Origin: Eledone cirrhosa
Taxonomy: Eukaryota
DNA length: 64,000 bases
Assembly: GCA_964016885.1 (NCBI GenBank)
Contig: OZ024743.1
Coordinates: forward strand, 180,730,001-180,794,000
Direction: 5' to 3'
A model generated the notes under the pieces. The model was not told the DNA's origin, did no database searches, and was given only the letters and a program-made list of their open reading frames with translations. Numbering within the stretch: the first letter of the stretch is position 1; each line of letters opens with the position of its first letter. Positions 22,040-34,000 of this stretch are shown here, one piece after another. Both the position numbers and the translations under genes were made by a program.

Positions 22040-25000
22040 GGTGTTGTTGTAGTTGTTGTTGGTGGTGGTGTTGTAGTTGTTGTTGTTGGTGGTGTTGGTG
22101 GTGTTGTTGTAGTTGTTGTTGGTGGTGGTGTTGTAGTTGTTGTTGTTGGTGGTGGTGTTGTAGTTGTTGAAATTGTTGGTGGTGGTGGTGTTGTTGTAGT
22201 TGTTGTTGGTGGTGGTGGTGGTGTTGTTGAAGTTGTTGTTGGTGGTGGTGTTGTAGTTGTTGTTGTTGGTGGTGGTGGTGGTGTTGTTGTAGTTGTTGTT
22301 GGTGGTGGTGTTGTAGTTGTTGTTGTTGGTGGTGGTGTTGTAGCTGTTGTAATTGTTGGTGGTGATGGTGTTGTTGTAGTTGTTGTTGGTGGTGGTGTTG
22401 TTGTTGTAGTTGTTGTTGGTGGTGGTGTTGTTGTTGTAGTTGTTGTTGTTGGAGGTGTTGCTGTTGAAGTTGTTGTTGGTGGTGGTGTTGTAGTTGTTGT
22501 TGTTGGTGGTGGTGGTGGTGTTGTTGTAGTTGTTGTTGGTGGTGGTGGTGTTGTAGTTGTAGTTGTTATTGTTGGTGGTGTTGTAGTTGTAGTTGTTGTT
22601 GTTGGTGGTGGTGTTGTAGTTGTTGTAGTTGTTGTTGGTGGTGGTGTTGTAGTTGTTGTTGGTGGTGGTGGTGTTGTAGTTGTTGTTGTTGGTGGTGGTG
22701 TTGTAGTTGTTGTTGTTGGTGGTGGTGTTGTAGTTGTAGTTGTTGTTGGTGGTGGTGTTGTAGTTGTTGTTGTTGGTGGTGGTGTTGTATTTGTTGTAGT
22801 TGTTGTTGGTGGTGGTGGTGTTGTAGTTGTAGTTGTTGTTGTTGGTGGTGTTGTAGTTGTAGTTGTTGGTGGTGGTGGTGTTGTTGTTGTTGGTGGTGGT
22901 GGTGTTGTAGTTGTAGTAGTTGTTGGTGGTGGTGTTGTAGTTGTAGTTGTTGGTGGTGTTGTAGTTGTAGTTGTTGTTGTTGGTGGTGGTGTTGTAGTTG
23001 TAGTTGTTGTTGTTGGTGGTGGTGTTGTAGTTGTAGTTGTTGTTGGTGGTGGTGTTGTAGTTGTAGTTGTTGTTGTTGGTGGTGTTGTAGTTGTAGTTAT
23101 TGTTGGTGGTGGTGTTGTAGTTGTATTTGTTGTTGTTGGTGGTGTTGTAGTTGTAGTTGTTGTTGTTGGTGGTGTTGTAGTTGTGGTTGTTGTTGGTGGT
23201 GGTGTTGTTGTTGTAGTTGGTGGTGGTGTTGTAGTTGTTGTTGTTGGTGGTGGTGTTGTTGTTGTTGTTGTTGGTGGTGGTGTTGTAGTTGTAGTTGGTT
23301 GTGGTGTTGTAGTCGTAGTTGTTGGTGGTGGTGGTGGTGTTGTAGTTGTAGTTGTTGGTGGTGGTGGTGTTGTAGTTGTAGTTGTTGTTGGTGGTGTTGT
23401 AGTTGTTGTTGGTGGTGGTGTTGTTGTTGTAGTTGTTGTTGGTGGTGGTGTTGTTGTTGTAGTTGTTGTTGTTGGAGGTGTTGCTGTTGAAGTTGTTGTT
23501 GGTGGTGGTGTTGTAGTTGTTGTTGTTGGTGGTGGTGGTGGTGTTGTTGTAGTTGTTGTTGGTGGTGGTGGTGTTGTAGTTGTAGTTGTTGTTGTTGGTG
23601 GTGTTGTAGTTGTAGTTGTTGTTGTTGGTGGTGGTGTTGTAGTTGTTGTAGTTGTTGTTGGTGGTGGTGTTGTAGTTGTTGTTGTTGGTGGTGGTGTTGT
23701 AGTTGTTGTTGTTGGTGGTGGTGTTGTAGTTGTTGTTGTTGGTGGTGGTGTTGTAGTTGTAGTTGTTGTTGGTGGTGGTGTTGTAGTTGTTGTTGTTGGT
23801 GGTGGTGTTGTATTTGTTGTAGTTGTTGTTGGTGGTGGTGGTGTTGTAGTTGTAGTTGTTGTTGTTGGTGGTGTTGTAGTTGTAGTTGTTGGTGGTGGTG
23901 GTGTTGTTGTTGTTGGTGGTGGTGGTGTTGTAGTTGTAGTAGTTGTTGGTGGTGGTGTTGTAGTTGTAGTTGTTGGTGGTGTTGTAGTTGTAGTTGTTGT
24001 TGTTGGTGGTGGTGTTGTAGTTGTAGTTGTTGTTGTTGGTGGTGGTGTTGTAGTTGTAGTTGTTGTTGGTGGTGGTGTTGTAGTTGTAGTTGTTGTTGTT
24101 GGTGGTGTTGTAGTTGTAGTTATTGTTGGTGGTGGTGTTGTAGTTGTAGTTGTTGTTGTTGGTGGTGTTGTAGTTGTAGTTGTTGTTGTTGGTGGTGTTG
24201 TAGTTGTGGTTGTTGTTGGTGGTGGTGTTGTTGTTGTAGTTGGTGGTGGTGTTGTAGTTGTTGTTGTTGGTGGTGGTGTTGTTGTTGTTGTTGTTGGTGG
24301 TGGTGTTGTAGTTGTAGTTGGTTGTGGTGTTGTAGTCGTAGTTGTTGGTGGTGGTGGTGGTGTTGTAGTTGTAGTTGTTGGTGGTGGTGGTGTTGTAGTT
24401 GTAGTTGTTGTTGGTGGTGTTGTAGTTGTTGTTGGTGGTGGTGTTGTAGTTGTTGTTGTTGTTGGTGGTGTTGTTGTTGTTGTTGTTGCTGGTGGTGGTG
24501 TTGTAGTTGTAGTTGGTGGTGGTGTTGTATTTGTAGTTGTTGGTGGTGGTGGTGGTGTTGTAGTTGTAGTTGTTGGTGGTGGTGGTGTTGTAGTTGTAGT
24601 TGTTGGTGGTGGTGGTGGTGTTGTTGTAGTTGTTGTTGGTGGTGGTGGTGTTGTTGTAGTCGTTGTTGGTGGTGGTGGTGTTGTTGTAGTTGTTGGTGGT
24701 GGTGGTGTTGTAGTTGTAGTTGTTGGTGGTGGTGGTGTTGTTCTTGTAGTTGTATGTGGTGGTGGTGTTGTAGTTGTAGTTGTTGTTGGTGGTGGTGTTG
24801 TAGTTGTTGGTGGCGGTGGTGTTGTAGTTGTAGTTGTTGGTGGTGGCGGTGTTATTGTTGTTGTAGTTGTTGTTGGTGGTGGTGTTGTTGTTGTAGTTGT
24901 TGTTGGTGGTGGTGTTGTAGTTGTAGTTGTTGTTGGTGGTGGTGTTGTAGTTGTAGTTGTTGTTGGTGGTGGTGTTGTAGTTGTTGTTGTTTTTGGTGGT

Positions 25001-28000
25001 GTTGTTGTTGTAGTTGTTGTTGGTGGCGGTGTTGTAGTTGTAGTTGTTGTTGGTGGTGTTGTTGTTGTTGTAGTTGTTGTTGGTGGTGGTGTTGTAGTTG
25101 TAGTTGTTGTTGGTGGTGGTGTTGTAGTTGTAGTTGTTGTTGGTGGTGGTGTTGTAGTTGTTGTTGTTGTTGGTGGTGTTGTTGTTGTAGTTGTTGTTGG
25201 TGGCGGTGTTGTAGTTGTAGTTGTTGTTGGTGGTGTTGTTGTTGTTGTAGTTGTTGTTGGTGGTGGTGTTGTAATTGTAGTTGGTGGTGGCGGTGTTGTT
25301 GTTGTTGTAGTTGTTGTTGGTTGTGGTGTTGTTGTTGTAGTTGTTGTTGGTGGCGGTGTTGTAGTTGTAGTTGGTGGTGGCGGTGTTGTTGTTGTTGTAG
25401 TCGTTGTTGGTGGTGGTGTTGTTGTTGTAGTTGTTGTTGTTGTTGGTGGTGGTGTTGTAGTTGTAGTTGTTGTTGGTGGTGGTGTTGTAGTTGTAATTGT
25501 TGTTGGAGGTGTTGTTGTTGTAGTTGTTGTTGATGGTGGTGTTGTAGTTGTTGTTGGGGGTGGTGTTGTAGTTGTAGTTGTTGGTGGCGGTGGTGTTGTT
25601 GTTGTTGTTGGTGGTGGTGTTGTAGTTGTAGTTGTTGTTGGTGGTGGTGTTGTAGTTGTTGTTGGTGGTGGTGTTGTAGTTGTAGTTGTTGTTGGTGGTG
25701 GTGTTGTAGTTGTTGTTGTTGTTGGTGGTGTTGTTGTTGTAGTTGTTGTTGGTGGCGGTGTTGTAGTTGTAGTTGTTGTTGGTGGTGTTGTTGTAGTTGT
25801 AGTTGTTGTTGGTGTTGTAGTTGTAGTTGTTGTTGGTGGTGGTGTTGTAGTTGTTGTTGGTGGTGGTGTTGTTGTAGTTGTTGTTGGTGGCGGTGTTGTA
25901 GTTGTAGTTGTTGTTGGTGGTGTTGTTGTTGTTGTTGTTGTAGTTGTTGTTGGTGTTGTAGTTGTAGTTGTTGTTGGTGGTGGTGTTGTTGTTGTAGTTG
26001 TTGTTGGTGGTGGTGTTGTAGTTGTACTTGTTGGTGGCGGTGGTGTTGTAGTTGTAGTTGTTGTTGTTGGTGGTGGTGTTGTAGTTGTAGTTGTTGTTGG
26101 TGGTGGTGTTGTAGTTGTTGTTGTTGTTGGTGGTTTTGTTGTTGTTGTAGTTGTAGTTGTTGTTGGTGTTGTAGTTGTAGTTGTTGTTGGTGGTGGTGTT
26201 GTAGTTGTTGTTGGTGGTGGTGTTGTTGTAGTTGTTGTTGGTGGCGGTGTTGTAGTTGTTGTTGTTGTTGGTGGTTTTGTTGTTGTTGTAGTTGTTGTTG
26301 GTGGCGGTGTTGTAGTTGTAGTTGTTGTTGGTGGTGTTGTTGTTGTTGTAGTTGTAGTTGTTGTTGGTGTTGTAGTTGTAGTTGTTGTTGGTGGTGGTGT
26401 TGTAGTTGTTGTTGTTGTTGGTGGTTTTGTTGTTGTTGTAGTTGTTGTTGGTGGTGGTGTTGTAGTTGTAGTTGTTGTTGGTGGTGGTGTTGTAGTTGTA
26501 GTTGTTGTTGGTGGTGGTGTTGTAGTTGTTGTTGTTGTTGGTGGTTTTGTTGTTGTTGTAGTTGTTGTTGGTGGCGGTGTTGTAGTTGTAGTTGTTGTTG
26601 GTGGTGTTGTTGTTGTTGTAGTTGTAGTTGTTGTTGGTGTTGTAGTTGTAGTTGTTGTTGGTGGTGGTGTTGTAGTTGTTGTTGGTGGTGGTGGTGGTGT
26701 TGTTGTTGTAGTTGTTGTTGGTGGCGGTGTTGTAGTTGTAGTTGTTGTTGGTGGTGTTGTTGTTGTTGTAGTTGTAGTTGTTGGTGTTGAAGTTGTTGTT
26801 GGTGGTGGTGTTGTAGTTGTTGTTGGTGGTGGTGGTGGTGTTGTTGTTGTAGTTGTTGTTGGTGGCGGTGTTGTAGTTGTAGTTGTTGTTGGTGGTGTTG
26901 TTGTTGTCGTAGTTGTAGTTGTTGTTGGTGTTGTAGTTGTAGTTGTTGTTGGTGGTGGTGTTGTAGTTGTTGTTGGTGGTGGTGTTGTTGTAGTTGTTGT
27001 TGGTGGCGGTGTTGTAGTTGTAGTTGTTGTTGGTGGTGTTGTTGTTGTTGTAGTTGTAGTTGTTGGTGTTGTAGTTGTTGTTGGTGGTGGTGGTGTTGTT
27101 GTAGTTGTTGTTGGTGGCGGTGTTGTAGTTGTAGTTGTTGTGGGTGGTGTTGTTGTTGTTGTAGTTGTTGTTGGTGTTGTAGTTGTAGTTGTTGCTGGTG
27201 GCGGTGTTGTAGTTGTTGCTGGTGGTGTTGTTGTTGTAGTTGTTGTTGGTGGTGGTGTTGTAGTTGTTGTTGGTGGTGGTGTTGTAGTTGTAGTTGGTGG
27301 TGGTGGTGGTGTTGTTGTTGTAGTTGTAGTTGTTGTTGTTGGTGGTGTTGCAGTTGTTGTTGGTGGTGGTTGTGGTGTTGTTGTTGTAGTTGTAGTTGTT
27401 AGTGGTGGTGTTGTAGTTGTAGTTGTTGTTAGTGGTGGTGTTGTAGTTGTAGTTGTTGTTGGTGGTGTTGTTGTTGTAGTTGTTGTTGGTGGTGGTGGTG
27501 GTGTTGTTGTTGTAGTTGTAGTTGTTGGTGTTGGTGGTGTTGTAGTTGTAGTTGTTGTTGGTGGTGGTGTTGTAGTTGTAGTTGTTGGTGGTGGTGTTGT
27601 AGTTGTTGTTGTTGGTGGTGGTGTTGTATTTGTTGTAGTTGTTGTTGGTGGTGGTGGTGTTGTAGTTGTAGTTGTTGTTGTTGGTGGTGTTGTAGTTGTA
27701 GTTGTTGGTGGTGGTGGTGTTGTTGTTGTTGTTGGTGGTGGTGGTGTTGTAGTTGTAATTGTTGTTGGTGGTGGTGTTGTTGTAGTTGTAGTTGTTGTTG
27801 GTGGTGGTGTTGTAGTTGTAGTTGTTGTTGGTGGTGGTCGTGTTGTTGTTGTAGTTGTTGTTGGTGGTGGTGTTGTTGTTGTAGTTGTTGTTGGTGGTGG
27901 TGGTGTTGTAGTTGTAGTTGTTGTTGGTGGTGGTCTTGTAGTTGTAGTTGTTGGTGGTGTTGTAGTTGTAGTTGTTGTTGTTGGTGGTGGTGTTGTAGTT

Positions 28001-31000
28001 GTAGTTGTTGTTGTTGGTGGTGGTGTTGTAGTTGTAGTTGTTGTTGGTGGTGGTGTTGTAGTTGTAGTTGTTGTTTGTGGTGGTGTTGTAGTTGTAGTTG
28101 TTGTTGTTGGTGGTGTTGTAGTTGTAGTTGTTGTTGGTGGTGGTGTTGTTGTTGTAGTTGTTGTTGTTGGTGGTGTTGTAGTTGTGGTTGTTGTTGGTGG
28201 TGGTGTTGTTGTTGTAGTTGGTGGTGGTGTTGTAGTTGTTGTTGTTGGTGGTGGTGTTGTTGTTGTTGTTGTTGTTGGTGGTGTTGTAGTTGTAGTTGGT
28301 GGTGGTGTTGTAGTTGTAGTTGTTGGTGGTGGTGGTGGTGTTGTAGTTGTAGTTGTTGGTGGTGGTGGTGTTGTAGTTGTAGTTGTTGGTGGTGGTGTTG
28401 TAGTTGTTGTTGGTGGTTGTGTTGTAGTTGTTGTTGTTGTTGGTGGTGTTGTTGTTGTTGTTGGTGGTGGTGTTGTAGTTGTAGTTGGTGGTGGTGTTGT
28501 AGTTGTAGTTGTTGGAGGTGGTGGTGGTGTTGTAGTTGTAGTTGTTGGTGGTGGTGGTGTTGTAGTTGTAGTTGTTGGTGGTGGTGGTGGTGTTGTTGTA
28601 GTTGTTGTTGGTGGTGGTGGTGTTGTTGTAGTCGTTGTTGGTGGTGGTGGTGTTGTTGTAGTTGTTGGTGGTGGTGGTGCTGTAGTTGTAGTTGTTGGTG
28701 GTGGTGGTGTTGTTCTTGTAGTTGTATGTGGTGGTGGTGTTGTAGTTGTAGTTGTTGTTGGTGGTGGTGTTGTAGTTGTTGTTGGTGATGGTGTTGTTGT
28801 TGTAGTTGTTGGTGGCGGTGGTGTTGTAGTTGTAGTTGTTGGTGGTGGCGGTGTTGTTGTTGTTGTAGTTGTTGTTGTAGTTGTAGTTGGTGGTGTTGTT
28901 GTTGTTGTAGTTGTAGTTGTTGTTGGTGGTGGTGTTGTTGTTGTAGTTGTTGTTGGTGGTGGTGTTGTAGTTGTAGTTGTTGTTGGTGGTGGTGTTGTAG
29001 TTGTAGTTGTTGTTGGTGGTGGTGTTGTAGTTGTTGTTGTTGTTGGTGGTGTTGTTGTTGTAGTTGTTGTTGGTGGCGGTGTTGTAGTTGTAGTTGTTGT
29101 TGGTGGTGTTGTTGTTGTTGTAGTTGTTGTTGGTGGTGGTGTTGTAGTTGTAGTTGTTGTTGGTGGTGTTGTTGTTGTTGTAGTTGTAGTTGTTGGTGTT
29201 GAAGTTGTTGTTGGTGGTGGTGTTGTAGTTGTTGTTGGTGGTGGTGGTGGTGTTGTTGTTGTAGTTGTTGTTGGTGGCGGTGTTGTAGTTGTAGTTGTTG
29301 TTGGTGGTGTTGTTGTTGTCGTAGTTGTAGTTGTTGTTGGTGTTGTAGTTGTAGTTGTTGTTGGTGGTGGTGTTGTAGTTGTTGTTGGTGGTGGTGTTGT
29401 TGTAGTTGTTGTTGGTGGCGGTGTTGTAGTTGTAGTTGTTGTTGGTGGTGTTGTTGTTGTTGTAGTTGTAGTTGTTGGTGTTGTAGTTGTTGTTGGTGGT
29501 GGTGGTGTTGTTGTAGTTGTTGTTGGTGGCGGTGTTGTAGTTGTAGTTGTTGTTGGTGGTGTTGTTGTTGTTGTAGTTGTTGTTGGTGTTGTAGTTGTAG
29601 TTGTTGCTGGTGGCGGTGTTGTAGTTGTTGCTGGTGGTGTTGTTGTTGTAGTTGTTGTTGGTGGTGGTGTTGTAGTTGTAGTTGGTGGTGGTGGTGGTGT
29701 TGTTGTTGTAGTTGTAGTTGTTGTTGTTGGTGGTGTTGCAGTTGTTGTTGGTGGTGGTTGTGGTGTTGTTGTTGTAGTTGTAGTTGTTAGTGGTGGTGTT
29801 GTAGTTGTAGTTGTTGTTAGTGGTGGTGTTGTAGTTGTAGTTGTTGTTGGTGGTGTTGTTGTTGTAGTTGTTGTTGGTGGTGGTGGTGGTGTTGTTGTTG
29901 TAGTTGTAGTTGTTGGTGTTGGTGGTGTTGTAGTTGTAGTTGTTGTTGGTGGTGGTGTTGTAGTTGTAGTTGTTGGTGGTGGTGTTGTAGTTGTTGTTGT
30001 TGGTGGTGGTGTTGTATTTGTTGTAGTTGTTGTTGGTAGTGGTGGTGTTGTAGTTGTAGTTGTTGTTGTTGGTGGTGTTGTAGTTGTAGTTGTTGGTGGT
30101 GGTGGTGTTGTTGTTGTTGTTGGTGGTGGTGGTGTTGTAGTTGTAGTTGTTGTTGGTGGTGGTGTTGTTGTAGTTGTAGTTGTTGTTGGTGGTGGTGTTG
30201 TAGTTGTAGTTGTTGTTGGTGGTGGTCGTGTTGTTGTTGTAGTTGTTGTTGGTGGTGGTGTTGTTGTTGTAGTTGTTGTTGGTGGTGGTGGTGTTGTAGT
30301 TGTAGTTGTTGTTGGTGGTGGTGTTGTAGTTGTAGTTGTTGGTGGTGTTGTAGTTGTAGTTGTTGTTGTTGGTGGTGGTGTTGTAGTTGTAGTTGTTGTT
30401 GTTGGTGGTGGTGTTGTAGTTGTAGTTGTTGTTGGTGGTGGTGTTGTAGTTGTAGTTGTTGTTTGTGGTGGTGTTGTAGTTGTAGTTGTTGTTGTTGGTG
30501 GTGTTGTAGTTGTAGTTGTTGTTGGTGGTGGTGTTGTTGTTGTAGTTGTTGGTGGCGGTGGTGTTGTAGTTGTAGTTGTTGGTGGTGGCGGTGTTGTTGT
30601 TGTTGTAGTTGTTGTTGTAGTTGTAGTTGGTGGTGTTGTTGTTGTTGTAGTTGTAGTTGTTGTTGGTGGTGGTGTTGTTGTTGTAGTTGTTGTTGGTGGT
30701 GGTGTTGTAGTTGTAGTTGTTGTTGGTGGTGGTGTTGTAGTTGTAGTTGTTGTTGGTGGTGGTGTTGTAGTTGTTGTTGTTGTTGGTGGTGTTGTTGTTG
30801 TAGTTGTTGATGGTGGCGGTGTTGTAGTTGTAGTTGTTGTTGGTGGTGTTGTTGTTGTTGTAGTTGTTGTTGGTGGTGGTGTTGTAGTTGTAGTTGTTGT
30901 TGGTGGTGTTGTTGTTGTTGTAGTTGTAGTTGTTGGTGTTGAAGTTGTTGTTGGTGGTGGTGTTGTAGTTGTTGTTGGTGGTGGTGGTGGTGTTGTTGTT

Positions 31001-34000
31001 GTAGTTGTTGTTGGTGGCGGTGTTGTAGTTGTAGTTGTTGTTGGTGGTGTTGTTGTTGTCGTAGTTGTAGTTGTTGTTGGTGTTGTAGTTGTAGTTGTTG
31101 TTGGTGGTGGTGTTGTAGTTGTTGTTGGTGGTGGTGTTGTTGTAGTTGTTGTTGGTGGCGGTGTTGTAGTTGTAGTTGTTGTTGGTGGTGTTGTTGTTGT
31201 TGTAGTTGTAGTTGTTGGTGTTGTAGTTGTTGTTGGTGGTGGTGGTGTTGTTGTAGTTGTTGTTGGTGGCGGTGTTGTAGTTGTAGTTGTTGTTGGTGGT
31301 GTTGTTGTTGTTGTAGTTGTTGTTGGTGTTGTAGTTGTAGTTGTTGCTGGTGGCGGTGTTGTAGTTGTTGCTGGTGGTGTTGTTGTTGTAGTTGTTGTTG
31401 GTGGTGGTGTTGTAGTTGTTGTTGGTGGTGGTGTTGTAGTTGTAGTTGTTGGTGGTGGTGGTGTTGTTGTTGTAGTTGTAGTTGTTGTTGTTGGTGGTGT
31501 TGCAGTTGTTGTTGGTGGTGGTTGTGGTGTTGTTGTTGTAGTTGTAGTTGTTAGTGGTGGTGTTGTAGTTGTAGTTGTTGTTAGTGGTGGTGTTGTAGTT
31601 GTAGTTGTTGTTGGTGGTGTTGTTGTTGTAGTTGTTGTTGGTGGTGGTGGTGGTGTTGTTGTTGTAGTTGTAGTTGTTGGTGTTGGTGGTGTTGTAGTTG
31701 TAGTTGTTGTTGGTGGTGGTGTTGTAGTTGTAGTTGTTGGTGGTGGTGTTGTAGTTGTTGTTGTTGGTGGTGGTGTTGTATTTGTTGTAGTTGTTGTTGG
31801 TGGTGGTGGTGTTGTAGTTGTAGTTGTTGTTGTTGGTGGTGTTGTAGTTGTAGTTGTTGGTGGTGGTGGTGTTGTTGTTGTTGTTGGTGGTGGTGGTGTT
31901 GTAGTTGTAGTTGTTGTTGGTGGTGGTGTTGTTGTAGTTGTAGTTGTTGTTGGTGGTGGTGTTGTAGTTGTAGTTGTTGTTGGTGGTGGTCGTGTTGTTG
32001 TTGTAGTTGTTGTTGGTGGTGGTGTTGTTGTTGTAGTTGTTGTTGGTGGTGGTGGTGTTGTAGTTGTAGTTGTTGTTGGTGGTGGTGTTGTAGTTGTAGT
32101 TGTTGGTGGTGTTGTAGTTGTAGTTGTTGTTGTTGGTGGTGGTGTTGTAGTTGTAGTTGTTGTTGTTGGTGGTGGTGTTGTAGTTGTAGTTGTTGTTGGT
32201 GGTGGTGTTGTAGTTGTAGTTGTTGTTTGTGGTGGTGTTGTAGTTGTAGTTGTTGTTGTTGGTGGTGTTGTAGTTGTAGTTGTTGTTCGTGGTGGTGTTG
32301 TTGTTGTAGTTGTTGTTGTTGGTGGTGTTGTAGTTGTGGTTGTTGTTGGTGGTGGTGTTGTTGTTGTAGTTGGTGGTGGTGTTGTAGTTGTTGTTGTTGG
32401 TGGTGGTGTTGTTGTTGTTGTTGTTGTTGGTGGTGTTGTAGTTGTAGTTGTTGGTGGTGTTGTAGTTGTAGTTGTTGGTGGTGGTGGTGGTGTTGTAGTT
32501 GTAGTTGTTGGTGGTGGTGGTGTTGTAGTTGTAGTTGTTGGTGGTGGTGTTGTAGTTGTTGTTGGTGGTTGTGTTGTAGTTGTTGTTGTTGTTGGTGGTG
32601 TTGTTGTTGTTGTTGGTGGTGGTGTTGTAGTTGTAGTTGGTGGTGGTGTTGTAGTTGTAGTTGTTGGAGGTGGTGGTGGTGTTGTAGTTGTAGTTGTTGG
32701 TGGTGGTGGTGTTGTAGTTGTAGTTGTTGGTGGTGGTGGTGGTGTTGTTGTAGTTGTTGTTGGTGGTGGTGGTGTTGTTGTAGTCGTTGTTGGTGGTGGT
32801 GGTGTTGTTGTAGTTGTTGGTGGTGGTGGTGCTGTAGTTGTAGTTGTTGGTGGTGGTGGTGTTGTTCTTGTAGTTGTATGTGGTGGTGGTGTTGTAGTTG
32901 TAGTTGTTGTTGGTGGTGGTGTTGTAGTTGTTGTTGGTGATGGTGTTGTTGTTGTAGTTGTTGGTGGCGGTGGTGTTGTAGTTGTAGTTGTTGGTGGTGG
33001 CGGTGTTGTTGTTGTTGTAGTTGTTGTTGTAGTTGTAGTTGGTGGTGTTGTTGTTGTTGTAGTTGTAGTTGTTGTTGGTGGTGGTGTTATTGTTGTAGTT
33101 GTTGTTGGTGGTGGTGTTGTAGTTGTAGTTGTTGTTGGTGGTGGTGTTGTAGTTGTAGTTGTTGTTGGTGGTGGTGTTGTAGTTGTTGTTGTTGTTGGTG
33201 GTGTTGTTGTTGTAGTTGTTGTTGGTGGCGGTGTTGTAGTTGTAGTTGTTGTTGGTGGTGTTGTTGTTGTTGTAGTTGTTGTTGGTGGTGGTGTTGTAGT
33301 TGTAGTTGTTGTTGGTGGTGGTGTTGTAGTTGTAGTTGTTGTTGGTGGTGGTGTTGTAGTTGTAGTTGTTGTTGGTGGCGGTGTTGTAGTTGTAGTTGGT
33401 GGTGGCGGTGTTGTTGTTGTTGTAGTTGTTGTTGGTTGTGGTGTTGTTGTTGTAGTTGTTGTTGGTGGCGGTGTTGTAGTTATAGTTGGTGGTGGCGGTG
33501 TTGTTGTTGTTGTAGTTGTTGTTGGTGGTGGTGTTGTTGTTGTAGTTGTTGTTGTTGGTGGTGGTGTTGTAGTTGTAGTTGTTGTTGGTGGTGGTGTTGT
33601 AGTTGTAGTTGTTGTTGGTGGTGTTGTTGTTGTAGTTGTTGTTGGTGGTGGTGTTGTAGTTGTAGTTGTTGTTGGTGGTGGTGTTGTAGTTGTTGTTGTT
33701 GTAGTTGTAGTTGTTGTTGGTGGTGGTGTTGTAGTTGTTGTTGTTGTAGTTGTAGTTGTTGTTGGGGGTGGTGTTGTAGTTGTAGTTGTTGGCGGCGGTG
33801 GTGTTGTAGTTGTAGTTGTTGGTGGTGGTGTTGTAGTTGTAGTTGTTGTTGGTGGTGGTGTTGTAGTTGTTGTTGTTGTTGGTGGTGTTGTTGTTGTAGT
33901 TGTTGTTGGTGGCGGTGTTGTAGTTGTTGTTGGTGGTGTTGTTGTTGTTGTAGTTGTAGTTGTTGTTGGTGTTGTAGTTGTAGTTGTTGCTGGTGGCGGT